Shown here: positions 1-8,373 of the stretch, piece by piece
How the letters are laid out: the number at the start of each line of letters is the position of its first letter
Position numbering within the stretch: the stretch's first letter is position 1
NCBI GenBank assembly: GCA_041657405.1
Contig: JBBABX010000001.1
Span: 106,316 to 170,315 of the forward strand
DNA from: Minisyncoccota bacterium
GTDB taxonomy: Bacteria; Patescibacteriota; Minisyncoccia; Phycocordibacterales; XYD1-FULL-46-19
Length of the DNA: 64,000 bases
Reading direction: 5' to 3'
Program-made: the position numbers and the translations under genes
Notes under the pieces: model-generated
The model's input: the letters and a program-made list of their open reading frames with translations, nothing else
Told to the model about the DNA's origin: nothing
Database searches by the model: none

Positions 1-390
1 CCCATTACGTACCGAAGCGCCTTCTGAAAAAATAATTGAGGATTCTTCTCCTAGGGCATTAATAAATTTAGCCAAAGCAGGACTATCTCCTTTCCAAACA
101 AACAAAACTAAATCATCAGAATAAGCTCCTCCGGAACCAGTTGTTACTAAAGCTTCAGAAATTCCATCACCAGTCAAATCAACTTCGCGGACAATTTGGA
201 CCGGTCGTAATTGTCCTTCAGTAGAAATATCTTTAGTTTCTTTTAAAATCGCTTTTATTTCAGATATCTGTTTAGCCCAAATCAAATCTTTTGACGAAAA
301 TGACTCAAAACATGGACAAGAACGCAAAGCAAGCCCCACCATCAAAAGCAAAACTATCATCGTTAAAATAATTAAAATTTTCTTTTTCAT
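1..390 (-). CDS. Partial secreted/membrane-anchored hypothetical protein; runs off the window start
   Basis: ATG at 390, hydrophobic N-terminus, then a VDLTGDGISEALV Ca-binding-like (FG-GAP/VCBS-type) motif; not in the ORF track because it is truncated. Confidence 0.6.
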   Translation of the reverse strand, partial: MKKKILIILTMIVLLLMVGLALRSCPCFESFSSKDLIWAKQISEIKAILKETKDISTEGQLRPVQIVREVDLTGDGISEALVTTGSGGAYSDDLVLFVWKGDSPALAKFINALGEESSIIFSEGASVRNG

Positions 391-474
391 AAATAAAATC
401 TTAATCTATCAATAAAGTAATTATACCACTAAAAATAATTAGGGTGTAAAAATTAAGAGGGGTCTTTTGACCCC

Positions 475-984
475 TCATGGCACGGATTCAATCTCGATAG
501 ATTCTAGGTCAAAACTAAGCAACTTTGACCCATCTTTGTTATGGATAGCTTTGGCGTCCAAACGTCGTTTAGATGTTACTTCCAAAGCCCAAAGAGAATC
601 TGATGGCCACACCACTTTTGGAAACAACCCGCAAAGTTGCCAAAAGGGGAAATTTTGCTTTCTTGCCTTATTATCAAACCGCCAAGATTTGGCCAAGAAA
701 ATAAGACATCGATACCGATGTTCAGTTGAAAAAAAGATGTCCAAAGACATTCCTAGACGCAAATCTTCTCGTCTGGTGATTAGCCCAAATTCTTGTTGTA
801 AACTTTTCAGTGCTACAATCATGGGTGTTTCCTTCTCCGAAACCAAACACGCCAAACAGTTTAAACAGTAATCACTTTTTTTCTCCCCCGTTTCATCTTG
901 ACCCAAAAGAACCAAACGATAAGAATCCATCAACAACGGAAACGCTAAAGTTACAATTTGAGGTTTGCTTTCCATAATAATCAA
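475..984 (-). CDS. Nudix-fold-like protein with degenerate Nudix box
   Basis: SEKETPMIVALKSLQQEFGL resembles a Nudix box; WPSDSLW resembles the MutT/MTH1 C-terminal motif; AGGAGG SD upstream. Confidence 0.45.
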   Translation of the reverse strand: MIIMESKPQIVTLAFPLLMDSYRLVLLGQDETGEKKSDYCLNCLACLVSEKETPMIVALKSLQQEFGLITRREDLRLGMSLDIFFSTEHRYRCLIFLAKSWRFDNKARKQNFPFWQLCGLFPKVVWPSDSLWALEVTSKRRLDAKAIHNKDGSKLLSFDLESIEIESVP

Positions 985-1106
985 CCTCCTTTCCGAGTTG
1001 ATTATGGCACAAGACCCAAAAAATTGAAAGTTTAAACGCTCCAGATGGGTGATGGAGCGTTTAAAGCATTATTTTTAGGTAATAAAATTATCTAAAATAA
1101 TTAGAT

Positions 1107-1772
1107 TTAGTTAAAAAACATTCTAAACATCCAACCAAATAAGCTGAACCCTTTCTGTGCTATTTCCAAAGAATTTTCAATTTCTAGATTGACTTGTTCC
1201 AAGGTTTCGGTTTGTTCAGTTAATATTTGTTGATCATTTTGGGAAACAAACTGGTTTTTGATTTGGTTTAATTGCTTAATTTGTTCTTTGTTTTGTTCTA
1301 GTAATTTCCTTACGTTATTTATTTCGTTATAGTTCGGTCCAACAAAGAATCTAACTAGTCCACCGCGACTTTGAACTTTTTGCAAACTCGTTTCCAATTT
1401 TTCTTGATTTTGATTTTGAGCTTGAGCGATAATTTTTACTTGTTGACCAATTCCGCTATTTCTATTTGCTACCTGCAACATTTCCTGCACAGCATTAGCA
1501 ACCTGACTTTTTCTTTGGGTTGCTGTCGCCATTTCATTCTGTATTCCTTGTAATTGATTATTTTGAAGTTGGCTAACTTCCCCTTGGTTTTGGACTTGAT
1601 TTTGGACTTGATTGCTTGCTCCAGTTCCATCTTGTAATTTTTGTTGTGTTTGTTGTTGTATTTGTGTCCCAGTACCAATCTCGTCATTACTATTTTGGCC
1701 CACCGCATAGACATTGTTAATAAAAGCAAGAGCTATCGCCAATGTGCTAATTATAAAAATTTTATTTTTCAT
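1107..1772 (-). CDS. Secreted Gln-rich coiled-coil hypothetical protein
   Basis: Signal peptide, QNQVQNQ repeats, helical C-terminal region. Confidence 0.7.
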   Translation of the reverse strand: MKNKIFIISTLAIALAFINNVYAVGQNSNDEIGTGTQIQQQTQQKLQDGTGASNQVQNQVQNQGEVSQLQNNQLQGIQNEMATATQRKSQVANAVQEMLQVANRNSGIGQQVKIIAQAQNQNQEKLETSLQKVQSRGGLVRFFVGPNYNEINNVRKLLEQNKEQIKQLNQIKNQFVSQNDQQILTEQTETLEQVNLEIENSLEIAQKGFSLFGWMFRMFFN

Positions 1773-1906
1773 ATAATTTATATTGAATTAATAATTATTT
1801 GAGCTTGTTAAATATTCGACCTCTTTATTTTAATATATTTAGACAAAAAGAAACACCATTCAATTTTATCATCATCTTGGTCAAATTCAATAAAAACTAA
1901 AAAAAG

Positions 1907-1934
1907 AGCCTTCGTAAAAAATTACGAAGGCTCA
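1907..1934 (-). terminator. Intrinsic terminator of the 1944-2726 gene
   Basis: GAGCCTTCGTAA-AAAA-TTACGAAGGCTC perfect 12-bp stem followed by a T-run on the minus strand. Confidence 0.75.
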
Positions 1935-1943
1935 AATATTCAG

Positions 1944-2726
1944 TTAATTTACCAAAGCAACCGACAAACCAGTGTTGTCGTAGCCGTCCCAAGAATCCCT
2001 TATGTCAATTTCTCCAGTTGAAGAAAAACCAACACAAACATGATAACCAACCGAAGCCCAGCTGGATGTTCGAACATAAACACCTTTGAATAATTGGATG
2101 CCACAAACCTTGAAATAGGTTGTAATGAACCAACACATTTCAGCGGCGTTCGGAACCTTCTCGGGTGAGAAAAGAAGCTTTTCCTGCTCATCATACATCT
2201 TCCCAATTGAGTTTTGGACGGGTGTCTTTTTGACCGACAGCCACCCGAAAGACGTCTTATCTTTGCAAGCAAATCTCTGACCATCATACCACCCACCCGT
2301 TTTTGAACAGAAAAGATCTCTCTGGACCTCTCGGATATCAAGTATAGACATCGTCGTAGGGGGTGCGGGTATAACGGCATAACCGTGATCCTTACACCAC
2401 TTGAGAACCGCCTCCGATGGTAGATTTTTGATAAGTTTCGAGATTTGTTCGTCTGTGTAGACAATATTCTTGCGAGCCTTAGCGACTCTCTCTGGTGTAA
2501 TAAAATCCACACCGAGAATAGATCGTGCTAAACCGTAGCTAGGAACTTTCGCTCCGAAGCGACGAACGCCGTCAATAAGATAAGCTTGGAAATCTCCACC
2601 ATGTTCAATGAGGTATTGGAGTCCATCCCTATCAAGGTTAACTTCTTTGAGGGCACGATTGCCCGCATCCTCAACAAAACGCTTAAATTGTTTCTGCTGA
2701 TTGAACGTGATCGATCTGATCGTCAT
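1944..2726 (-). CDS. Hypothetical protein with a C-terminal CLec-like, DGR-target-type domain
   Basis: Likely start ATG 2726 after AGGAGG; C-terminus YVRTSS...HVCVGFSSTGEIDIRDSWDGYDNTGLSVA resembles DGR variable-protein ends. Confidence 0.6.
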   Translation of the reverse strand: MTIRSITFNQQKQFKRFVEDAGNRALKEVNLDRDGLQYLIEHGGDFQAYLIDGVRRFGAKVPSYGLARSILGVDFITPERVAKARKNIVYTDEQISKLIKNLPSEAVLKWCKDHGYAVIPAPPTTMSILDIREVQRDLFCSKTGGWYDGQRFACKDKTSFGWLSVKKTPVQNSIGKMYDEQEKLLFSPEKVPNAAEMCWFITTYFKVCGIQLFKGVYVRTSSWASVGYHVCVGFSSTGEIDIRDSWDGYDNTGLSVALVN

Positions 2727-2780
2727 CGTTATACCTCCTAGTTGAATTGTACGAATCGCTCGATAGCGGCTTATCTCGGT

Positions 2781-2839
2781 TTGAGACGAGCTTTTTAGGT
2801 CTTGATTTCTTGATTCAAGGCTCAAAAAGCTCGTCTCAA
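2781..2839. repeat. 16-bp perfect inverted repeat (long hairpin) in the gene leader
   Basis: TTGAGACGAGCTTTTT (2781-2796) / AAAAAGCTCGTCTCAA (2824-2839). Confidence 0.85.
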
Positions 2840-2943
2840 CATTAATTCTTATGCCAAAAAACTATTTATATCTATACTTGGAGTAGCAAAGAAATGACTA
2901 TTTGTCAAGGGCAACATCTTTCAATTTCGCTGGATGTAAAACT

Positions 2944-3033
2944 TGGCGGAGGGGGCGAGATTCGAACTCGCGATGCCCTTTCGGACATAGCGGTTTTCAA
3001 GACCGCCGCACTAAACCACTATGCGACCCCTCC
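2944..3033 (-). tRNA. tRNA-Ser(TGA)
   Basis: Cloverleaf with long variable arm, anticodon arm GCGGT-CTTGAAA-ACCGC, GTTCGAATC T-loop, encoded CCA. Confidence 0.97.
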
Positions 3034-3150
3034 AAGGTTAATCACCCTCAATCTTACCAAATTAACTTGCAAAATCAACGCATCATAAATTGTAAGCTTA
3101 TCAACAACTCTCTATACTTTTTCTGATTTTTAATTGTTATAATATAAAGG

Positions 3151-3639
3151 ATGGAAGAAAAACTTAAAAGTTTAGGCTTGCCAGCAATAATTGAATGGGA
3201 AGCTGATGAATATGAAGAGCGTCAAAGAAGCACTGATTGGTTCTGGACACTTGGAGTAATTGCTTTTTTTGGAGTTGTCTTATCTTTTATTTTTGGCAAT
3301 TTACTTTTATCCTTGATTATCACTATTGCCGCCTTTGCCCTTTACGCTTATGAAAAAAGACCGCCGCAAAAAATGAACATTCGTTTAACTCCTAAGGGTT
3401 TCCAGATTGGGAAAAATCTTTATCCTTACGAGCGCGCCAGTTATTTTTGGGTAGATGAAGAACGTCAAGGTTTACCAATGCTAATCATTAATTATAACCG
3501 AGCTTTTTTCCCACATATTTATATTTCAATTGAAGATGTTGAGCCAACTTTAATTCGCCTCTATCTTAGAAGATTTATTGAGGAAGAGGAACGTCAAAAG
3601 ACCTTTGCCGAAGAAATCTCTGATCTTTTGGGTTTTTAG
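3151..3639 (+). CDS. Conserved hypothetical membrane protein (2 TM plus soluble domain)
   Basis: 162-aa ORF with WEADEY..RSTDWFW start and two TM helices. Confidence 0.75.
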   Translation: MEEKLKSLGLPAIIEWEADEYEERQRSTDWFWTLGVIAFFGVVLSFIFGNLLLSLIITIAAFALYAYEKRPPQKMNIRLTPKGFQIGKNLYPYERASYFWVDEERQGLPMLIINYNRAFFPHIYISIEDVEPTLIRLYLRRFIEEEERQKTFAEEISDLLGF

Positions 3640-3734
3640 ATTTCAGTTCTAATTTTTTAATCTTTATTTTTTAATTCTTCACAAGCTAAGGCCATTAGCA
3701 TTTTTTCTGATTTGTGCTAAATTAAATAAGATTT

Positions 3735-3809
3735 GCTCCCATAGTTTAACGGATAGAACGCAGGATTGCGGATCCTGTAATCGAGGTTCGATTCCTCGTG
3801 GGAGCACCA
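3735..3809 (+). tRNA. tRNA-Arg(GCG)
   Basis: GCTCCCA/TGGGAGC acceptor stem, anticodon arm CAGGA-TTGCGGA-TCCTG, GTTCGATTC T-loop, CCA. Confidence 0.95.
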
Positions 3810-3815
3810 ATTTTT

Positions 3816-4754
3816 ATGATTGAGAATTTATTGATTTTTATTTTTTCTTTGTTGTTAGTGATAAAGGGGGCGACAATGGCAACAACTTATTCATCCAGGT
3901 TGGCTGAAAATTTTCGGCTTTCAAAATACGTTATTGGTTTTATAATTGTTGCTTTTATTTCTATTCTGCCCGAAACCATTATCTCAATAAATTCGGCTCT
4001 AAAAAATGTCCCTGAATTTGGCTTAGGGACTTTATTTGGTGGAAATATCGCAGACCTAACGTTAGTCCTAGCTATTTTGATTATTTACGTTGGTAGGAAT
4101 ATCCATATTGAAAGCAAAGTTTTAAAAGACGTGCGTGTTTTTCCTTTCTTTTTGCTTCTACCGCTACTTTTTGGCCTGAATGGTTATTATTCAAGACTTG
4201 AAGGCGTCTTACTTATCCTTGTCGGCATCTTTTTCTATTATCTTGTCTTAAGAGATAATATAAATACCTCAATCCCTCAGAAAAAAATAGGTGGGTGGTT
4301 AAAAAACTTAATCCTCTTTTTATTTGCGATGTTTTTGTTATTGACTGGTTCCCACTTCACCGTAGAATCAGCATCCTCTTTAGCAACAGCCTTGCATGTT
4401 CCCCCGCTCTTAATCGGATTGTTAGTTGTTGGACTTGGCACAACAATGCCTGAATTTTTTTATTGCTTAAAAACCTTAAAAAAGAATGAGGATGGTTTGG
4501 TGGTGGGTGATATTTTAGGGACAGTATTAGCTGACGCTACGATTGTAATCGGAATCCTTGCAGTTATTAATCCATTTTCGTTCCCCAAAAAAATTATCTA
4601 TGTAACCGGTTTTTTTATGCTTGTTGCTTCCTTTATCTTGATTAATTTTATGCGTTCTGGAAAAATTATTTCTAAAAAAGAAGGTTACCAACTTTTTATA
4701 TTTTGGTTAATTTACGCCTTGGCTGAAGTTCTTATTAGCAACTTTGCTCCTTAA
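3816..4754 (+). CDS. Na+/Ca2+ (CaCA family) antiporter
   Basis: Two alpha-repeats (SILPE...G.NI and GTTMPE...GDILG); start moved to ATG 3816 to clear the tRNA. Confidence 0.9.
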   Translation: MIENLLIFIFSLLLVIKGATMATTYSSRLAENFRLSKYVIGFIIVAFISILPETIISINSALKNVPEFGLGTLFGGNIADLTLVLAILIIYVGRNIHIESKVLKDVRVFPFFLLLPLLFGLNGYYSRLEGVLLILVGIFFYYLVLRDNINTSIPQKKIGGWLKNLILFLFAMFLLLTGSHFTVESASSLATALHVPPLLIGLLVVGLGTTMPEFFYCLKTLKKNEDGLVVGDILGTVLADATIVIGILAVINPFSFPKKIIYVTGFFMLVASFILINFMRSGKIISKKEGYQLFIFWLIYALAEVLISNFAP

Positions 4755-4786
4755 ATCTAAAAACACCCTTTCTATGAGGGTGTTTT

Positions 4787-5050
4787 TTAGGAAACATTTT
4801 TTATCATTTTGACTAAGCGAGATTTTTTACGAGCAGCAGTATTTTTCTTGATAATTCCCCTCTTGGCTGCTTTGTCTATCGCCTTATAAGCGTCTGCAAG
4901 TTTATCTTTGGCGCCTTTGGCATCTTTGGCATCTGTCATTTTTTTTATTTCTTTGATTTCGCCCTTCATCGCCCTGGCACGTCGGTCATTAAAAAGTTTT
5001 TTATTTTTAGATCCATGCAAGGCTTTTTGAGCTGATTTTGTTATTGGCAT
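4787..5050 (-). CDS. rpsT: 30S ribosomal protein S20
   Basis: MPITKSAQKAL...AIDKAAKRGIIKKNTAARKKSRL. Confidence 0.97.
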   Translation of the reverse strand: MPITKSAQKALHGSKNKKLFNDRRARAMKGEIKEIKKMTDAKDAKGAKDKLADAYKAIDKAAKRGIIKKNTAARKKSRLVKMIKNVS

Positions 5051-5116
5051 ACCGTCACAGAATACAAGAATTGCCAAATAATTGCAAGTGTTTAAATGAA
5101 AAGGTATGATTTACTT

Positions 5117-5692
5117 ATGATTGGTCAACTAAAAGGTGATATTAGTTATAAAGACGAACGTTTTGTTATTCTTAATGTCGGCGGCGTTGGTTATAAAATC
5201 TTCTTAACCCCAGAAACTACTCAAAATTTAAGCGAGGGCAAAACTGCCAGTTTTTGGACACATCTAGTTGTCCGCGAAGAAGTTTTGGACCTTTATGGAT
5301 TTCTCACCAAAACAGAATTGGACTTTTTTGGACTTTTAATAGGTATTTCTGGTGTTGGCCCCAAAAGCGCTCTTTCTATTTTATCCTTAGCGCCACCAGA
5401 AACTCTTAAAAAAGCGGTTTCTGCTGGTGATTCTTCTTATTTGACACAAGTTTCCGGCATCGGTCGCAAAATCGCGGAAAAAATAATTCTAGAATTAAAA
5501 GACAAAATAATTGCTTTAGTTGGCGAAAATCCTCAAGACGATCTGACCCAAGAAACAGAGGCTCTTCAAGCTTTGGAAATGCTTGGTTATTCTCCCCGCG
5601 AAGCCCGTGAGGCCTTGCGTCAAATTCCGACAGAAATTACTTCTACCGAGGATAAGGTCAAGAGCGCTCTTAAAAATCTTCATCATAAATAA
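5117..5692 (+). CDS. ruvA: Holliday junction DNA-binding protein RuvA
   Basis: MIGQLKG, GVGY, HLVVREE..LYGF, ISGVGPKSAL HhH motifs. Confidence 0.97.
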   Translation: MIGQLKGDISYKDERFVILNVGGVGYKIFLTPETTQNLSEGKTASFWTHLVVREEVLDLYGFLTKTELDFFGLLIGISGVGPKSALSILSLAPPETLKKAVSAGDSSYLTQVSGIGRKIAEKIILELKDKIIALVGENPQDDLTQETEALQALEMLGYSPREAREALRQIPTEITSTEDKVKSALKNLHHK

Positions 5693-5703
5693 AACCAGGC
5701 AAG

Positions 5704-7050
5704 ATGTTGGACAAAATTTTACATTGGTTAAAAAAGTTTATTCCTCGCCAACTTTTTGTCGCGGTTCAGCCTCTTTATCACTATTTGCTTGCTTGGTTAG
5801 GCGCAATTATTTATCGTTTCCCCGCACGTCAGTTAAAAATTATTTTTGTGACAGGAACTAAGGGCAAAACCAGCACAACCGAAATCTTATCTGCCATTTT
5901 GACCACCGCTGGGCATAAGGTTGCTTCCACTTCCACTCTACAGTTTAAAATCGGCGACAAAATCGAGCGCAATCTTTACAAAATGAGTATGCCTGGTCGG
6001 ATGTTTATGCAAAAATTCCTCCGCCGAGCCGTCTCAGCCGGCTGTGATTTTGCCGTAATAGAAGGCACCTCGGAAGGATCCAAGCTCTTCCGCCACAAAT
6101 TTATTGATTTAGATGGCTTAATTTTTACCAACATCTCCCCCGAACACATTGAGTCACACGGCTCATTTGAAAAATATTTAGAAGCCAAGTTAGAATACGC
6201 CCGCGCGTTGGATCAATCAAAAAAGGCACCAAAGTTTCTGGTGGTTAATTCCGATGACCAAGAAGCGCAAAAGTTTAAGGACCAGGCCCCATCCGCTATA
6301 CAACTAGAATTTTCTCTCGCCCAAGCCAAACCTTTTGACACCACCCTTGCTGGCTCAAAATTAACGATTGACAGCAAAGAGGTGAAAACGGCTTTGACCG
6401 GTCAATTTAATGTCTTGAATATTCTGGGCGCAGCCAAAATGGCCAAAATCTTTGGCGCAACTGATGACGATATTAAAAAAGCCCTCGCCAACCTAGGCAA
6501 AATCCCCGGTCGGATGGAAAAAGTTTTTTCTGATAAACCAGGACAAAACTTTGAGGTGATTGTAGATTACGCCCACACTACCGACTCTCTCGCTAAAGCC
6601 TATGAGACCCTAGGCGATAGACGAAAAATCTGCGTCTTGGGTAGCTGTGGGGGTGGACGCGATAAGTGGAAAAGACCACAAATGGGAAAGGTGGCCAGTA
6701 ACCACTGTGATTATATTATTCTCACCAACGAAGATCCCTATGACGAAGATCCAGAACAAATTATTGCCGAAGTCGCCGAAGGTATCACCAAACCTTATGT
6801 TAAAATTTTGGATCGTCGCGAAGCGATTCGCGCGGCCATCAAAGAAGCCAAAGAAGGTGATGTCGTCATTATCACCGGCAAAGGCACTGACCCATACATT
6901 ATGGGGCCGAGTGGTAAGAAGATGTCTTGGAGTGATTATGAAGTGGCAAGGGAAGAGATGAGCGCGGACTTAACGCAAAAATTAGGTGAAATCGGCCGAC
7001 AACTTGGCGGTTGGAAGAAAGATTTGCAAGCAAAAACTCCCCGACCTTAA
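5704..7050 (+). CDS. murE: UDP-MurNAc-tripeptide synthetase (MurE family) with a foreign ~28-aa C-terminal tail
   Basis: VTGTKGKTST P-loop, NISPEHIESH, DYAHT, GGGRD, GKG motifs; tail after VAREEM is Avd-like. Confidence 0.9.
   Translation: MLDKILHWLKKFIPRQLFVAVQPLYHYLLAWLGAIIYRFPARQLKIIFVTGTKGKTSTTEILSAILTTAGHKVASTSTLQFKIGDKIERNLYKMSMPGRMFMQKFLRRAVSAGCDFAVIEGTSEGSKLFRHKFIDLDGLIFTNISPEHIESHGSFEKYLEAKLEYARALDQSKKAPKFLVVNSDDQEAQKFKDQAPSAIQLEFSLAQAKPFDTTLAGSKLTIDSKEVKTALTGQFNVLNILGAAKMAKIFGATDDDIKKALANLGKIPGRMEKVFSDKPGQNFEVIVDYAHTTDSLAKAYETLGDRRKICVLGSCGGGRDKWKRPQMGKVASNHCDYIILTNEDPYDEDPEQIIAEVAEGITKPYVKILDRREAIRAAIKEAKEGDVVIITGKGTDPYIMGPSGKKMSWSDYEVAREEMSADLTQKLGEIGRQLGGWKKDLQAKTPRP
6961..7050 (+). 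pseudogene. C-terminal remnant of a DGR accessory (Avd/four-helix-bundle) gene fused in frame to murE
   Basis: KLGEIGRQLGGWKK matches the Avd EIG(R/K)xxGGW signature and abuts the TR-like repeat. Confidence 0.7.
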
Positions 7051-7059
7051 GCCGAGGAG
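7031..7059 (-). terminator. Intrinsic terminator of the TR-like minus-strand RNA
   Basis: Minus-strand RNA CUCCUCGGC-UUAAG-GUCGGGGAG-UUUUU; two pairs work only as G-U wobbles on the minus strand. Confidence 0.7.
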
Positions 7060-7070
7060 AAAACCAACAG

Positions 7071-7190
7071 TTGTGGAAACACGAACCGGGGACGGTCCTC
7101 GGCGCGCCAAACATTGTCGTTGGACAAGCAATACACGTGCACCCTGAACCGAGCATCGCCAAGCCAGTAGACGTCAGCAACGAAGAATTC
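7071..7190 (-). repeat. DGR template-repeat-like copy (non-coding position)
   Basis: 105/120 nt identical, ungapped, to 7499-7618; flanked by RNA hairpins and an Avd remnant. Confidence 0.8.
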
Positions 7191-7423
7191 ATGCGATAAA
7201 TCATCTGTGCCACAATCGGCCAAATCATGACCGATTGAATATTATATGAGACATTATAAGTCCTCCAATTTATCGCACCAACTGAATATTTTTTGTTTAA
7301 GAAAAATGTGAATCCACTCTTTTACAAGACTTGCCCGACAAAATTCTCAAGCACATATTTTCACAATCATAACACCGAAGCCATGACCGTGAGGAATCCA
7401 TAATTGCTTGATTATTATAATAA

Positions 7424-7456
7424 AATCCCCTGGCGCCCCGAAGGGTCCAAGGGATT
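7424..7456 (-). terminator. cUUCGg-capped hairpin downstream of the VR-bearing gene (terminator or DGR target hairpin)
   Basis: Minus strand AAUCCCUUGGACCC-UUCG-GGGCGCCAGGGGAUU followed by a U-rich tract. Confidence 0.6.
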
Positions 7457-7486
7457 GAGAGTCTAAGTGACTGAAGGAGCAAAGAG

Positions 7487-8086
7487 TCAGGGGGGCCATT
7501 GCGGAACCACAAACCGGTTACGGTCCTCGGCGCGCCAGACGTTGTCGTCGGACAAGCAGTACACGTGCGTCCTAAACCGGGCATCGCCAAGCCGATAGAC
7601 GTCAGCAACGAAGAATTCCTCGTCATTTTCTGTCCCCTTCTTCAGCTTTACGCTGAAAAGGAAGAACGTGGCCAAACCTTTCGGATGAAGTTTGTCGGAA
7701 TTAGCCTCAAAGAAAGTTATGATCTGGTCTTGCGACCAGAACAACTTCTTGAAATCATCCACACCAAACCCTCCGAAGATCTGCTCGAAGGTGCCATCTT
7801 TGATCATTTCAAAGACCTCAAACGACGCTTCTTCGGTGACGGGACTAGCTACGTCCGTCCCCCAGAAATCGAGTTTGAGGTAACGTGCTCCGGTTGTGGC
7901 ACCGAGAACACCAATGGTGATCTTGCGAAGATAGGGGTTGCTATACGTCTCATCCACGATCTGTTGAAGCATCCTCGTAACTTTTTCCAGATCACGTTTG
8001 TCATCCACCAGAAGTTTACAGACAGTGGCCCACAGTTTAAAGAGACGTTCCCAGACATTCTTCTCAACGTTCTTGTCACTACTCAT
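7487..8086 (-). CDS. DGR target-type variable protein
   Basis: C-terminal FFVADVY...VYCLSDDNVWRAEDRNRFVVPQ lies within the repeat duplicated at 7071-7190; GAAAGG SD upstream. Confidence 0.75.
   Translation of the reverse strand: MSSDKNVEKNVWERLFKLWATVCKLLVDDKRDLEKVTRMLQQIVDETYSNPYLRKITIGVLGATTGARYLKLDFWGTDVASPVTEEASFEVFEMIKDGTFEQIFGGFGVDDFKKLFWSQDQIITFFEANSDKLHPKGLATFFLFSVKLKKGTENDEEFFVADVYRLGDARFRTHVYCLSDDNVWRAEDRNRFVVPQWPP
7499..7618 (-). repeat. DGR variable-repeat-like copy at the 3' end of the 199-aa gene
   Basis: Ungapped 120-nt alignment to 7071-7190 with 15 mismatches. Confidence 0.85.
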
Positions 8087-8373
8087 GACTCTACCCTTTC
8101 AAAGATCTTGACCTGCTTCTAACAGGTCGTTTCCCGGGATCTGCCGGAGCAGTCAAGCAAGAACACCTTGCTTTATTCTATCTATTATTATATCAAGGCC
8201 TTATTTTAAACCCTAAAATATCCAGAACTCTCTTTTGTTAATCGTTAATTGTTTTCCCTTTAAGCTGCTAGCTTTTTTCCTTGTTTTCTCTCATTTTAAA
8301 TTCCATATTCCCTATTCTACATACCTCATTCTATCTCCAACATACTATATGCTATATTTTAAATACTATCCCC

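Noticed and set aside
2894-3126. Two short plus-strand ORFs
   Set aside because: They overlap tRNA-Ser on the opposite strand.
7071-8086. Complete, active DGR
   Set aside because: No reverse transcriptase in the window, avd is only a fragment, and mismatches are not adenine-specific.
7499-8122. 207-aa plus-strand ORF and the 7011-7199 ORF
   Set aside because: Antisense shadows of the DGR target and its repeat; synonymous changes and the SD support the minus-strand frame.
8281-8373. N-terminal extension of MutM in the ORF track
   Set aside because: Fpg requires an N-terminal Pro (MPELPEV); the extension is the heptamer tract.
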